DNA of 64,000 nucleotides from Phoronis australis (taxonomy: Eukaryota > Animalia > Phoronida), in NCBI GenBank assembly GCA_002633005.1, contig NMRA01000058.1, positions 696,735-760,734 on the forward strand, read 5' to 3'. Position 1 is the first letter of the stretch. Every line of letters starts with the position of its first letter. A model generated the notes under the pieces. It had not been told where the DNA came from. It ran no database searches and saw nothing but the letters and a program-made list of their open reading frames with translations. Below are positions 62,358 through 64,000 of the stretch, piece by piece. A program made the translations under genes and the position numbers.

Positions 62358-64000
62358 TCTCAGTCTTGTCTTCTTCAACACTGTCCTCTGTGGGCAGGAG
62401 TCTTCGTCTGGCACAGTCCATCAGTTGCTTATTAAAAGCAGTCTCTTGGTGAAAAAAGTAATGATGGTTTAGATGTACTTTGGCTGTGGTGACCCTCAAG
62501 CACTGAGGAATGTAGGTCATAGAAAGTCAGTGATGCATTGAAATACGGTGTTTTTCACCTGACTTGTTTCGTATACAAGTTAATCGCCGTTTGGTGTGTG
62601 GAAAATACTGGACACTCATGACTGCAGTTTTGCATTTTGTTTTTTAATTATGACAGGTGGGCTTCATTGTACTCCAACAATATCAATTAAAAGCAGTATC
62701 CAACTATTCAGCATTTATATATGCATCCTTGACCTTAATTTGTACTTAGATTTTTATCAATGCTTTGTATGAAACTCTATCGCAGTTTGTGACAGAAGTT
62801 ATTTTGTAAGTAAAAAAGTTCTTCAACTCTTTTCCTAGCCAAGCAGAAGTGGGGCTGTACACTGAGAAGACCTGCCTTGAGATAGAACAAATTCTTTTAA
62901 GTATTAGGACTGATAGCTGGGGGTTGTATCGGCATTAAAACTTGGCATGCGTTCTTTTAACGTTTGAACCTGTGCTAGGATCTAGCTAAAATCTAGCCAA
63001 AGTCACATGTTCTCATTTAAAATACACGACAATATCTGACGTAATTTCGCGAAGTCTTGCTTTTTAGCGAGGTCCTAGCGTTACTGAACGGGAGGCTGAA
63101 CTTTACCTTAAGTTGTTATTCATCTTAAGGTGAAAGTGATTCATTTGTGTCTTCATACTTTCACTCACCACTTCTGCATGATGTGGTTATTGGCTTATAA
63201 ACGGTATAATTTGATGATTTCTCTGAGCAATATCCTTTAGTCTGGTAATACACGATAATAAATGTACATTCTATAGCTACATTTCACCCCGTTTAGCTGT
63301 CTCTGTAAACCTTTTGAGTTCTTAACCAAAGAACCAAAACCAGCAGCTGATCTGTGTTGTTCTCGTGGGACATGGTCCTTGTTGTGTCACATCACTGACG
63401 TATCATTGTTGATGGATCTAAGTTGAGGGTTATCATTCTTGTTGTTGATCTTTTCAGTGCTTATGTCACTACCAGCCTTGATATCTATATCCGTCGACTT
63501 AGTTATGTTTGAATAATCAAATTCTAAGTCTGTTGACAATATTTTATGTTTCTCTAACGTGATATTAGATGCTAGATTAATACAGTTATTTGTTATCATT
63601 CGTAAATGAATCGTGTGTTTTGTAAAGCTATATCAAGACAAGTGCATTTTTGTTGCCGTTATTTTACAATGTTTGGTTTCTGCATTTTGCCTCGCGCAGA
63701 AAGCATGGCACGTATACCATGTCCATTATTGATGGTCTAAAGTTTGCTGAATTTTTAGTAACGTCTGGTGAAGAATGACAATACCTTGTTGGCTTTTCAA
63801 AAATAAATTCCAATTATGGTCACTGAATTTTTACCACAGAAGTATAATCTTCACCATCCGATGTGAAACGCCACGCACTCCATATACTCTGACCTCGCAT
63901 CAAGAGCCTTTACCTAGCACAGTGTTAAGACAATACATGCATAAACATTGATACAATGACTGGTGTTTTGTGGAGAGTGGTGAGGATTTCACTCCATGGT

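Noticed and set aside
63387-64000. Convergent neighbouring gene on the minus strand
   Set aside because: All three minus frames hit stops within about 100 nt of the window end, and the 70-aa ORF has no recognisable motif; more likely 3' UTR or intergenic

Overview
Eukaryotic (animal, probably invertebrate) genomic DNA. It is AT-rich and intron-rich and has assembly gaps (N). One large + strand gene spans almost the whole window: a PP6 phosphatase ankyrin-repeat regulatory subunit of the ANKRD28/44/52 family. I traced 21 GT-AG coding exons by hand (3263..62357, 3090 nt, about 1029 aa), and exon phases are consistent throughout; the assignment of exon 1 is inferred. An intronless class A GPCR ORF (23710..24867) lies on the same strand inside the ~33 kb first intron. 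It is preceded by a good branch point and 3' splice site that is in frame with the putative ANKRD exon 1, so the two genes may share a first exon. The introns are dense in transposon relics: Helentron-associated (HINE/DINE-1-like) elements whose internal tandem units each carry a CTCF-like motif, TA-flanked CCGTA-ended DNA elements carrying decayed HIRAN-like ORFs, THAP-domain relics, hAT-like MITEs with 5-bp target duplications, and a Penelope-like GIY-YIG relic. There are also several minisatellites and two duplications centred on single Ns that look like assembly artefacts.
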